64,000 nucleotides of DNA, from positions 896,001-960,000 of the forward strand of contig CAWCPV010000003.1 of assembly GCA_963797555.1 (NCBI GenBank). Direction: 5' to 3'. This DNA comes from an uncultured Gammaproteobacteria bacterium (GTDB taxonomy: Bacteria > Pseudomonadota > Gammaproteobacteria > CAWCPV01). How positions within the stretch are numbered: position 1 is the first letter of the stretch; the number at the start of each line of letters is the position of its first letter. Positions 1 through 8,890 of this stretch are shown piece by piece. The translations under genes were made by a program, and so were the position numbers. The notes under the pieces were generated by a model, which saw only the letters and a program-made list of their open reading frames with translations, was not told where the DNA came from and made no database searches.

Positions 1-191
1 GGTCGACAGGCCGGGCGGGTCGTCGTGGAAAGGTCCCAATCACGCTCGGGTCTTCCCGGACCTTCACGCGGTGGATTTGGCCGAGTAACATGATGGGGGG
101 GTCTGCCGACGAGCGGCCCGAGAGGTGGCCCCAGCATCGCCATCGCCTCGCCGAAGGACCTCGATCATCAGCCGCCCCGGAGGACAGGCCG

Positions 192-343
192 GTGCAACAG
201 CTCATCGATGCCAGCAGAGCCGCACGCCTCGCAGGGGTGCCGCACGAGAGATCCAGCGCCAGATCGTGGCGGGCAGCCTGCCGACCTGCGAAGGGGTCGG
301 CGAACTCAGGCGCCTGGAGTACCCGTACTCAAGTCGCGGCTAA
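192..343 (+). pseudogene. Frameshifted, truncated HTH-like N-terminal fragment
   Basis: GGAGGA precedes a GTG at 192. VQQLIDASRAARLAGVP continues in another frame as REIQRQIVAGSLPTCEG and then stops at 343. The joined sequence resembles an 'SRAARLxGV...lQ..i..G.LpTfEG' excisionase/MerR-like HTH. Confidence 0.4.
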
Positions 344-429
344 CCGCTTTGCCATCCCTTGTCTGTTGTCCCTCACACTGGCGCCCACGGGATCCATTGA
401 TGAGGGTAGCGGCACTGACGTTCGACACC

Positions 430-738
430 ATGACCGGTTGCGCTGACAGCGAGCCTTTTGCCCTGCGGGTACTCGGCGACAGCATGGAGCCGGAGTTCGC
501 GGAAGGCACTATCATCATCATCGAGCCCGGCGGCTTGGTCGAGGATGGCTGCTTCGTCGTTGCACAGCACGACGGCGAGTACGTTTTCCGCCAGTTGGTC
601 CGGGACGGCGTGCGGTGGCTGCTCAGGCCCCTCAACGACAGATATCCCGCGGTCGAAATACCGGGCATTCAGTCCATCAAGGGCCGGGTCATCCAAAAAG
701 CCGGCAAGTACCGACGCGACAGGAAGCACTACCTCTGA
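430..738 (+). CDS. S24/LexA-UmuD-like peptidase-domain protein without an HTH (alternative start at 400)
   Basis: FALRVLGDSMEPEF and C-terminal LRPLNDRYP...IKGRV match the S24 fold. The usual catalytic Lys position reads VFRQL. Confidence 0.75.
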   Translation: MTGCADSEPFALRVLGDSMEPEFAEGTIIIIEPGGLVEDGCFVVAQHDGEYVFRQLVRDGVRWLLRPLNDRYPAVEIPGIQSIKGRVIQKAGKYRRDRKHYL

Positions 739-816
739 CGGCGGATCGAGCCAGTCCTTCAGGGACCCGCTGGGCGTTGTGTACGCGCGTCGCCCTGCGC
801 CGCGCCTTTGGTCGCC

Positions 817-2268
817 TCACCAGTCCCACGTGGCATAGATGCCGGGACGGAACACCTCCCTGCCGGATTCGGTGAACGCGAAGGTGTACGGATCAATGGC
901 ATTGCCCAGATCCTCGCACCAGGAGGGATGACTGTAGTTGATGTCGGTGAAGAACCACAGCCCTCGCACCGATTGGCATGCGGCCGTAATCATCTGGATC
1001 TGCTCACCCGCCTCCCTGCCGACGATGCACCCGCCCAGCAGTTGTCCGGTCTCCTCATCGTGCACCACCTCTATGAACCCTTCGTAGTCGTGGCGGGCGC
1101 GCGCCTTGGGTGAACCGCTGAGGTTGGTGCGCACCACCGCGGCATCGAAACCTGCTTCCTCTGCCCGTTCCTCGGTGAGCCCCACGGCGGCGATCTCCAG
1201 GGCGGAATCGATTACGATGGGCACCCGGTTATAGTTGCTGCGCAACTGGTTGCCTTTGACGGCGTTGACCGCGGCGACCTTGGCGTCGTGGAGCGCGGCG
1301 TTGGCAGTCATCGGACCGCGCTTGACATCACCCACGGCGTAGATGCCGGGGACGACTGTCTCGAGGTACTCATTCGTCACGACGAAGCCATCCGCGTCCA
1401 GTTGGACGCCGACGTGCTCTAGCCCGAGGCCGCGGCTCGTTGGTGTGCGCCCGATGGCAACCAAGACCCGCTGAAAGGTCCCCTGGCTGCCGTCGGTGAA
1501 GGTCACCCGCACCCCTTCGCGCTGGATCTCCCCGCGAGCCACCGACACTCCTTTACATACCTCGATGCCGAGGCGCTGGAACTTTCGCTCCAACATCTGG
1601 CTGGCACGCTGCGGGATACTGGTCTTGTTGAGCAGGCGGTCCGCCTGCTCCGCAATGGTGACGTTTGCGCCGAACTGATGCATGAGGTAGCCCAGCTCGG
1701 TCCCGATAGCGCCTCCGCCGAGGCAAAGCACGCTCTGCGGCAGCGCATCAAGGTGCAGCATGAAGTCCCGGGAGGTCAGCACCCGGTCGCGGTCGCTCGG
1801 ACAGAGGGGATGCTCCCGAGGTGAGCTGCCCGTAGCGATGACGACGTGCTGGGCACGCAGGGTCTGGTACACCGCCCCGCCGCCGCCAGTGGGCTCCACT
1901 TCCACCAGACGCGCATCCTGGAGCCTTGCATGCCCCCGATACAGGCGAATACCCAGACGTCGGAGCCAGACCGGAAAGTGCTCCCGGATGTCTCGGACCA
2001 CTTGGTTCTTGTGCTCGACCGCGCCCGCAAAATCGCCGTTGACGCGCCCTGTAAGACCGCGACCTTGCAGGGCGTTGATGTCCTCGATCATGGACGCCAA
2101 GTGCAGCAGCGTCTTCTTGGGCACACAGCCCTGGTTCAGACAGGTGCCTCCAGGCAAAGACTTCTCCACCAAGGCGACGCGTGCCCCGAGCTGAGCCGCG
2201 GTTACCGCCGCCTTGTAGCCTCCCGGGCCGCTGCCGATAACAACGAGATCAAAATCCTTGGCATCCAT
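817..2268 (-). CDS. Class I pyridine nucleotide-disulfide oxidoreductase (dihydrolipoamide dehydrogenase-like)
   Basis: FAD motif VIGSGPGG, redox disulfide GGTCLNQGCVP, NAD motif GGGAIGTE, IYAVGD, and C-terminal HPSWCE. Confidence 0.85.
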   Translation of the reverse strand: MDAKDFDLVVIGSGPGGYKAAVTAAQLGARVALVEKSLPGGTCLNQGCVPKKTLLHLASMIEDINALQGRGLTGRVNGDFAGAVEHKNQVVRDIREHFPVWLRRLGIRLYRGHARLQDARLVEVEPTGGGGAVYQTLRAQHVVIATGSSPREHPLCPSDRDRVLTSRDFMLHLDALPQSVLCLGGGAIGTELGYLMHQFGANVTIAEQADRLLNKTSIPQRASQMLERKFQRLGIEVCKGVSVARGEIQREGVRVTFTDGSQGTFQRVLVAIGRTPTSRGLGLEHVGVQLDADGFVVTNEYLETVVPGIYAVGDVKRGPMTANAALHDAKVAAVNAVKGNQLRSNYNRVPIVIDSALEIAAVGLTEERAEEAGFDAAVVRTNLSGSPKARARHDYEGFIEVVHDEETGQLLGGCIVGREAGEQIQMITAACQSVRGLWFFTDINYSHPSWCEDLGNAIDPYTFAFTESGREVFRPGIYATWDW

Positions 2269-2307
2269 GGCTTCCGGCTGCGGCGCCCCACCGTCCGGAC
2301 CGGCTCC

Positions 2308-2622
2308 TCAACGCTTCTTCGGTGGCACGTAGTGGGGGTCGTTGGGATTCATGAAGATGAACTGGAAGCTACCCGCCTCCAGCTCCACATAGTCTAGGAC
2401 GCAGCCATCCAGCAGATCCGTGTATTCCGGGTCCACCACCACGTCCACCTCGTATGCTGGAATGCGGATATCGCTATCGCGGATGTGGTCAAAACCCATC
2501 GCATAGTCGATGGAGCCGTCGGGCTTACGGGTCGCCGCGATGCGCAGAGCCATGCCTTCCATGCCTCCACCCTGGGCAGCCACATGAATCTGCTTCCCCG
2601 CTCGCTCGGTGACGGTGATCAT
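2308..2622 (-). CDS. dsrR: DsrR, IscA/HesB-like protein
   Basis: IscA-like fold (LRIAA...YAMGFD...LDYVEL...FIFMNPND) lacking the IscA CGC motif; lies directly after dsrN. Confidence 0.85.
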   Translation of the reverse strand: MITVTERAGKQIHVAAQGGGMEGMALRIAATRKPDGSIDYAMGFDHIRDSDIRIPAYEVDVVVDPEYTDLLDGCVLDYVELEAGSFQFIFMNPNDPHYVPPKKR

Positions 2623-2652
2623 GGGTCTCCTCCGATTGGCTCCGCGCCAGCC

Positions 2653-4068
2653 TCAGTGCATGCCGACCGCGTGCCGCCAACTCTCCCGGGCCCTCCGGCA
2701 ACGACGCACGTAGGCCACGAAACGGCTCACCCAACGGTTGTCCTCTGCGTCGCGCTGGTGCGCATAGCTGGCGAGAACGCGTCTGTACACGATCCCGTCG
2801 TGATTCCCATCGATTCCAGCGCCTCTGAGCACCCGATAAGCGAACTCGATGCCCTCGCCAAGGTTCTCCACACTCGAGTGATGGAATTCGTGAGCGGCGA
2901 ACTCTGCGGGCCTCCCGTCGGAGCTGAGCAGCGGCCAGGGCCCCTTACCGGTCTCCTGCAAGCGCACATAACCGCGCCCCATCGGCCGGTCGTGCATCAC
3001 CACGTCAGCCGGGATGGCGCCGACCATGGCGCAGCTCTGACCCCGCCAAGTAATGCGCCGTGCTAGATACATGAGACCTCCACACTCGGCGTACACCGGC
3101 ATATCCGCTTCGATGAACCGACGCACGTCGGCGCGCAGCGCCGCATTCTTCTGCAGGGCGGCCATGTGCGTCTCCGGGAATCCACCCCCGATGAACAGGG
3201 CATCCACGTCCGGCAGGAGACCAGCGCTGAGCGTGTCAAAGGGCACGATGTCCGCTCCTGCGGACCGCATGGCCTCCAAATCCCCCGGGTAGTAGAAGCC
3301 GAATGCCGCGTCTCGCGCCACGCCGATGCGCACGTCGGGAACTGGGTCGGGACTGCGTGAGGTCCCGAGCACGTTTTCCGAGTCCTGGGCTTGTCCGGCC
3401 ACCTCGAGCACCGCGCCGAGGTCCACATGCGCCGCGACGAGGCGTGCGATCTGCTCGACGCGCGCATCCGGCTGACCGGCTTCGTTGCTCGGTATCAGAC
3501 CAATGTGACGCTCGACAATCTCCATATCGGCGTGATTCGGCACCGCGCCGAGGACACGCACATCCGTGTAGTGCTCGATTACGGCGCGAAGCTTGCCCTC
3601 GTGCCGGCTTCCTCCAAGACGGTTCAGGATCACCCCGGCGATGTGGATATCCGGCTCGAATGCCTGGTACCCCAGAATAAGCGGCGCGATGCCGCGGGTC
3701 ATGCCGCGGGCGTCGATGGCCAGAACCACGGGCGAACCCAGTAGGCTCGCCAGGGCAGCATTGCTGTTGCTGCCGTGCAGATCCAGCCCGTCATAGAGCC
3801 CCTTGTTACCCTCGATGACGGCGAGATCTGCACCGGCCGCGTAGCGGGCGAACGTCGCCCGAATCTCCGACCTGCCCATGGTGTAGAAGTCCAGGTTGTG
3901 GCACGGACGTCCCGCCGCCCGCCCGAGCCACATCGGATCGATGTAGTCCGGCCCTTTCTTGAACGGCTGCACGACGTGGCCACGGGCCGCGAGGGCCGCG
4001 CATAGTCCGATGCTGACCGTAGTCTTGCCCGAGGACTTGTGAGCGGCAGAGATTAGCAGATGGGGCAT
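2653..4068 (-). CDS. dsrN: DsrN siroheme amidase (cobyrinate a,c-diamide synthase family)
   Basis: SAAHKSSGKTT, FKKGPDYIDP, IEGNKGLYDG, YAECGGLMYL and HEFHHS motifs; position after dsrP. Start trimmed to ATG 4068. Confidence 0.9.
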   Translation of the reverse strand: MPHLLISAAHKSSGKTTVSIGLCAALAARGHVVQPFKKGPDYIDPMWLGRAAGRPCHNLDFYTMGRSEIRATFARYAAGADLAVIEGNKGLYDGLDLHGSNSNAALASLLGSPVVLAIDARGMTRGIAPLILGYQAFEPDIHIAGVILNRLGGSRHEGKLRAVIEHYTDVRVLGAVPNHADMEIVERHIGLIPSNEAGQPDARVEQIARLVAAHVDLGAVLEVAGQAQDSENVLGTSRSPDPVPDVRIGVARDAAFGFYYPGDLEAMRSAGADIVPFDTLSAGLLPDVDALFIGGGFPETHMAALQKNAALRADVRRFIEADMPVYAECGGLMYLARRITWRGQSCAMVGAIPADVVMHDRPMGRGYVRLQETGKGPWPLLSSDGRPAEFAAHEFHHSSVENLGEGIEFAYRVLRGAGIDGNHDGIVYRRVLASYAHQRDAEDNRWVSRFVAYVRRCRRARESWRHAVGMH

Positions 4069-4217
4069 GCCCAAGCGACCTGCGTCAACGTGAGGACGGT
4101 CTTCCGCCGTCCAGTGGGGATTGGCGCGGCCCGACAGCAAGATACCGCAACGCCGTGCGCCGAGCCTTAGTCCACGCGGTCCCGCTGCGCCGCACGGGCG
4201 CCGCAGAAGCAAACACC

Positions 4218-5462
4218 TCAGGCTGTTGCCGGCTTCGCGCCCACCTGCGACGGCTCGCCGGCAGCGTGGGGATCCACCTGCTCATCCGCCAGGCTTTTCG
4301 GGAGGAAAGGAAGCACCTTAATGGCAACGGCTGCCATGAGCAACGCGATGGCTACGCCACCCACACCCAGCGCCACCTCGGGCACACTCGGGACATAGTG
4401 CGCCACCGTTCCGTCGAAGAAGGCGCTGCGCACCTCCATGCCCGGAAACATCAGGAGCGGATAGGCCTGGCCGCCGATGATGGTGACGTACATCTGGCCC
4501 AGTCCGCCGACCACCACCAGTGCCGCACCCACCACCGTCCAAAGCCGACTGCCGCTGAACGGCGTCAGGTAGAAGAGCACCAACGGGATGAGCCCCCCAA
4601 TCCCCACCTGCACAAGCCAGAACACGGCAGTGTAGGAACCCCCGTCCAGCAGGATGAAGCGCTCCACGCCATGGTGGTTCGTCATGTACAGGTTGGTAAG
4701 GTGGTAGACCAAGACGAAGTACAGCACGGCAGCGACAAATACGCCGAGCAGATTCTTCAGGCGCCTCACCACGGCATCACCCAAAGGACGCCCGGCGCTC
4801 CGGTAGGCGGCCATCATGACCAGCAGGAATATCGCGGTCCCATAGGCAAACGACATGACCACGAACATCGGCGCCATGATGGCCGAATCGTAAGCCTGTC
4901 GCGCAACCAGGAAACCGAATATGGACCCGGTGCCGGTGGTCAGGATGAGCCGCCACAGAAACGCGAAGAAACCCACCGGCTTGCTATAGGGGTTCATGCG
5001 CCGCTCCATCATCATCCACACGTACACTGCCACCAAGCCGATGAACCCGGTATACAGGAAGATGTTCCAGGCGAAAATGGACTTGAAGTTGTAATAGGTC
5101 ATGGCCACGATGAGCCTGTCCGGCCGCCCGAGGTCGAGAACGAGCACGCACAGTCCCCCGACGAGGAGCGCGATGGCCAGCAGCCCAGAGAGCCTCGCCA
5201 GCGGTTTATAGAGACTCCGGCCGAACACGGAGGCGATGGACGCGACGTTCAGCGCGCCGGAGGCAGCGACGATCAGGAAAACCGCGAACACGTGCGGCGT
5301 GCCCCACACGATCTGGTTGCTCATGCCGGTGACTCGGTGACCCTGCGTTTCCATGTAATAGGCCGCCGCCAGCCCGATGGCCACCAGCCCAGCCAGCAGC
5401 GCCACAAGGCCCCAATAGCCTGCGCTGCGCCCTGCGAGTTCCTGGTATTCGATGGTTTTCAT
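4218..5462 (-). CDS. dsrP: DsrP, NrfD/PsrC-family membrane subunit
   Basis: Multi-TM protein with IVWGTPHVFAVFLIVAASGALN and DLGRPDRL; operon position. Confidence 0.92.
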   Translation of the reverse strand: MKTIEYQELAGRSAGYWGLVALLAGLVAIGLAAAYYMETQGHRVTGMSNQIVWGTPHVFAVFLIVAASGALNVASIASVFGRSLYKPLARLSGLLAIALLVGGLCVLVLDLGRPDRLIVAMTYYNFKSIFAWNIFLYTGFIGLVAVYVWMMMERRMNPYSKPVGFFAFLWRLILTTGTGSIFGFLVARQAYDSAIMAPMFVVMSFAYGTAIFLLVMMAAYRSAGRPLGDAVVRRLKNLLGVFVAAVLYFVLVYHLTNLYMTNHHGVERFILLDGGSYTAVFWLVQVGIGGLIPLVLFYLTPFSGSRLWTVVGAALVVVGGLGQMYVTIIGGQAYPLLMFPGMEVRSAFFDGTVAHYVPSVPEVALGVGGVAIALLMAAVAIKVLPFLPKSLADEQVDPHAAGEPSQVGAKPATA

Positions 5463-5630
5463 GTGTCCCTACAAGCAGTCATCCTGAAGTATACGCCGGG
5501 TGCTGTAGGTCCCACTCACCCGCTTGCGGGAGGAGCTAGCGGCGACGGAACCCGTCATGGCGCGAGCGTTTTCCTGCGCCCGGACGGCGAAAGCCGCCAT
5601 GAGCGGTTTGGGTAGCGCGGCCGGGGCCCC

Positions 5631-6378
5631 TCATACGCCCTGGTAGCGCACGCCGGTATTCAGCTCGAGATCGGCCCGGACCTGTCGGCTCACCACCTGT
5701 CGAGCCCGCTTGGAGATGTCGCTGTCGGGATTATTCATATCCCCGAACACCATCGCACCACCAGCCTTCGCGCTACAGGCCTCGACGCAGGCCGGGATAC
5801 GCCCGGTGTCCACCCGCTGCACGCAGAAGGTACAGCTCTCCACTGTCCCCTTGCCTCGCGGCACCTGGGTGACCTGCTCGTGCAGGGGCTCGTGGACAAA
5901 GGAGCGCGCCTTATACGGACAGGCCATCATGCAGTAGCGGCAGCCGATACAGATGTGCTTGTCCACCAGCACGATGCCGTCCGCGCGGCGGAACGACGCG
6001 CCGGTCGGACAGACATCCACGCAAGGCGGATGCTCACAGTGCTGGCAGAGCATCGGGAGGGTGATGCCTTCCCCGTAGTCTTGTCCCGCAGATCCACTTT
6101 GCGGATCCACTGCGCATCGATCCGGGACGATCGGTGACACTCCAGCCGTTTTCATCACCGCAAGCCTTCACGCACGCATCGCAGCCCTCGGCGCACTTGG
6201 TCGCATCGATCAGCATCCCCCAGCGCACCGCAGACGACACAGGCTCATCCGCCGAGCGCGCTCTGACCAAGTCTACCAGCCGAATCCCGGGTGCCAACAT
6301 GAGCAGGGCTGTTGCCGCCGCAGCCGTCCCCAGGAACTCCCGGCGCCCGCTGTCGGGCTGATCTTCCCTCTTGCTCAC
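5631..6378 (-). CDS. dsrO: DsrO Tat-exported 4Fe-4S protein, interrupted by two single-base frameshifts (~6120 and ~6068)
   Basis: Tat signal GRREFLG and CAEGCDACVKAC are in frame 1, DAQWIRKVDLRD in frame 2, and CQHCEHPPCVDVCP, CIGCRYCMMACPY and CTFC in frame 3. The span is 748 nt, two short of a multiple of 3. Confidence 0.85.
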
Positions 6379-6860
6379 CGTGCCACCCCTGCGCCAGAAA
6401 CGTGACTCGCTGACCTGCCCTTTTCCGCGGGACTCTTGTGCTCCGCCTCCCGCACCTCGAACTCACTTTCCCGTGGCACCGTTGCGTGACACTGGAAGCA
6501 GTCGATCTCCACGGCCGCGTACTCGTGGCAACTCTCGCAGAACTGCCCCCGTGCGTTCACCGGCACGGGCTTGCCCGTGTGATCCTTGCTGACATGGCAG
6601 GCCACGCACTCCGCGAGACTGTGTCGTGTGGTGCGTATGCCCAGATGCATGGTCTCATCGCGCTGATGCAAGATGAATTCCATATGGTCACGCCGCATCA
6701 CGTCGATGGGCTCGACGCATTGCTGCGTCGCGCTGAACCTCGCGTTGGCCTCGGGGTGGCTGGGCAAGGGCACCCGGCTATCCCTGGCCGCCACCGGACC
6801 CGCGGCAAGCGCCGCCGCGAGCGCCAGCCCGATGATACTCACAGGCTTCAAGCCGCGCAT
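6375..6860 (-). CDS. dsrJ: DsrJ periplasmic triheme cytochrome c
   Basis: Signal peptide; CVACH, CESCH and CFQCH heme motifs; conserved CVEP..MRRDHM. Confidence 0.92.
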   Translation of the reverse strand: MRGLKPVSIIGLALAAALAAGPVAARDSRVPLPSHPEANARFSATQQCVEPIDVMRRDHMEFILHQRDETMHLGIRTTRHSLAECVACHVSKDHTGKPVPVNARGQFCESCHEYAAVEIDCFQCHATVPRESEFEVREAEHKSPAEKGRSASHVSGAGVAR

Positions 6861-6872
6861 TCCCGACCGACC

Positions 6873-8822
6873 CTAGTCGCCCATCCCCATATCGATGTAG
6901 CCGGTCGGGCACACGTCGGAGCAGATGTGGCACCCGATACAGCGCGTATAGTCGGTGTCCACGTAGCGACCGGTCGTCGCCTCGGTCTTCTTCACTCGGA
7001 ACACCGCATCCTGAGGGCAGAACACGACGCAGTTGTCGCATTCGAAACACATGCCGCAGCTCATGCAGCGCTTCGCCTCGGCAACCGCCTGCTCGTCGGT
7101 GTAACCGAGCATCCGCTCCTCGAAGTGGCCGATCACTTCGTCCCCCACGGGGCCGTGCTCCGCGCGCTTGTTGCGGGGCGTGTACTGGAAGTGGGCCAGG
7201 AACAGCTTGTCGGCAGGAATGATTTCGTGCGCCGCGCGGTCCTCGTAGTTGTGAACCGCGAACTTGGCCGACGATGTTCCCCATACGTTCTCGTGACTGT
7301 AACCCTCCGGTTCGAGGCCGGCCTCCCGGAGCTTGCTGAGCAGATTGAAATGGTGCACGTCCACCTTGGGGCGCTTGCTGAGTTCCTGATGTTTCATGTA
7401 GTACTCGATGCTCTCCACCGCGATGGAGGCTTGCCCGATGGCCGTAGTCAGCAGGTGCGGACGCACGATGTCCCCAGCCACGAAGTGCCCGGGCCGTCCA
7501 GGCACCTGGTAGTGCTTGTCCGCATTGATGAAGCCGCGGCCGTTGTCCAGACCTTCCAGCCCCTGACTCATGTCCCCGGACTGTCCGATGGCAGACACGA
7601 ACAGGTCGGCCTGTAGGACAAACTCCGTGCCCTGCCGCGGCACCGGGCGGTTGCCCTGCATGTCGCACTCGCACAGCCGCATCCCGATAGCCCGGCCGTT
7701 CTCGTCCTTGAGAATCTCTAGCGGCATGACACTGCCCCGGATATCCACCCCTTCCTGGATGGCGTCGTGTACCTCGTGCTCGGCAGCGGTCATCTTCTCG
7801 ATCGGGAACAGGGAGGTGAGGGTTACTTGGGCCCCCTCGCGCACCAGCGTGGCGGACACGTCATGCGCGGTGAATCCCCACACCACGTTCTCGGGGCGGT
7901 CCTTGTCACGTACGCTGGTGATATGACCGAGGCGCCGTGCCACTGACGCCACGTCGATGGAGGTATCACCGCCGCCCACCACCACCACGCGACCGGACAC
8001 GACCTGCAGCCTGCCCTCGTTGAACGCGCTCAGGAAGTCCACGCCGGAAACACAGTTCGGGGCGTCCCAGCCGGCGACCGGCAGACCCTTTCCTTTCTTG
8101 GTTCCGATCGCCCAGAGGATGGCGTCGAACTCCTGCTCCAGGGCCTCTACGCTCACGTCCTTGCCCACACGGGTGTTGGCCCGCACCTGCACACCCATGT
8201 CGATGATCCGCTGGATCTCGCCATCCAGCACGTCGCGCGGGGTCCGGTAACCCGGAATTCCGTAGCGCATCATGCCGCCCAGTCCGACGTGGTCGTCGAA
8301 GATGGTGCAGCCATGACCCTTGCGCCGCAGCTGGTAAGCAGCGGCCAAGCCCGCCGGACCACCGCCGATGATGGCCACCTTCTTGCCGGTCTCCTGAGCA
8401 GGCGCGGGAAACTTCAAACCGTTCTTCAGGGCGGTGTCACCGATGAACTGCTCCACCGCGTTGATGCCGACGTGATCCTCGACCTCGTTGCGGTTGCACC
8501 CATCCTCGCACGGCGCCGGACATACGCGCCCCATCACCCCCGGAAACGGATTCGCGTCCGTGGAGCGGCGAAACGCATATTCCTGCCAAGTTACATCCTT
8601 TGGCGGCTTCTCGATGCCACGCACGATGTCCAGCCAGCCGCGGATGTCTTCGCCGGAGGGACAGCTCCCCTGACAAGGCGGGGTGCGGTGGACATAGGTT
8701 GGGCACTTATGGGAGTAATCTCCCACGAAGATCTGCTGCTGGAAAGACTCCCAGGTATGCTGGCCGTCCCGGAACTTGCGGAACGTCAGGTCTTTCCTCA
8801 CGTCTTCAGTAGAACTTGCCAT
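6873..8822 (-). CDS. dsrL: DsrL NAD(P)H:acceptor iron-sulfur flavoprotein
   Basis: PCQGSCP and GRVCPAPCEDGC clusters, GGGPAGL, GGGDTSID, and C-terminal 2x[4Fe-4S] (CMSCGMCFECDNC, CIGCHICSDVCP). No YRR motif was seen, consistent with the DsrL-1 type. Confidence 0.95.
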   Translation of the reverse strand: MASSTEDVRKDLTFRKFRDGQHTWESFQQQIFVGDYSHKCPTYVHRTPPCQGSCPSGEDIRGWLDIVRGIEKPPKDVTWQEYAFRRSTDANPFPGVMGRVCPAPCEDGCNRNEVEDHVGINAVEQFIGDTALKNGLKFPAPAQETGKKVAIIGGGPAGLAAAYQLRRKGHGCTIFDDHVGLGGMMRYGIPGYRTPRDVLDGEIQRIIDMGVQVRANTRVGKDVSVEALEQEFDAILWAIGTKKGKGLPVAGWDAPNCVSGVDFLSAFNEGRLQVVSGRVVVVGGGDTSIDVASVARRLGHITSVRDKDRPENVVWGFTAHDVSATLVREGAQVTLTSLFPIEKMTAAEHEVHDAIQEGVDIRGSVMPLEILKDENGRAIGMRLCECDMQGNRPVPRQGTEFVLQADLFVSAIGQSGDMSQGLEGLDNGRGFINADKHYQVPGRPGHFVAGDIVRPHLLTTAIGQASIAVESIEYYMKHQELSKRPKVDVHHFNLLSKLREAGLEPEGYSHENVWGTSSAKFAVHNYEDRAAHEIIPADKLFLAHFQYTPRNKRAEHGPVGDEVIGHFEERMLGYTDEQAVAEAKRCMSCGMCFECDNCVVFCPQDAVFRVKKTEATTGRYVDTDYTRCIGCHICSDVCPTGYIDMGMGD

Positions 8823-8890
8823 CGTGCTCTCCTCTGCCGTTTGTCCAGGCGGACCGGACTTCGACGGTCATCCGTCACCCGCGCCCAGGG

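Noticed and set aside
817-2268. Calling the flavoprotein lpdA or merA
   Set aside because: There is no dehydrogenase-complex context, the HPTxxE motif is divergent, and the C-terminal Cys-Cys pair of MerA is absent, so it was left unnamed.
6060-6125. Programmed ribosomal frameshifting in dsrO
   Set aside because: Two separate slips would be needed and no clear slippery heptamer with a stimulatory structure was seen. Error or mutation is simpler.
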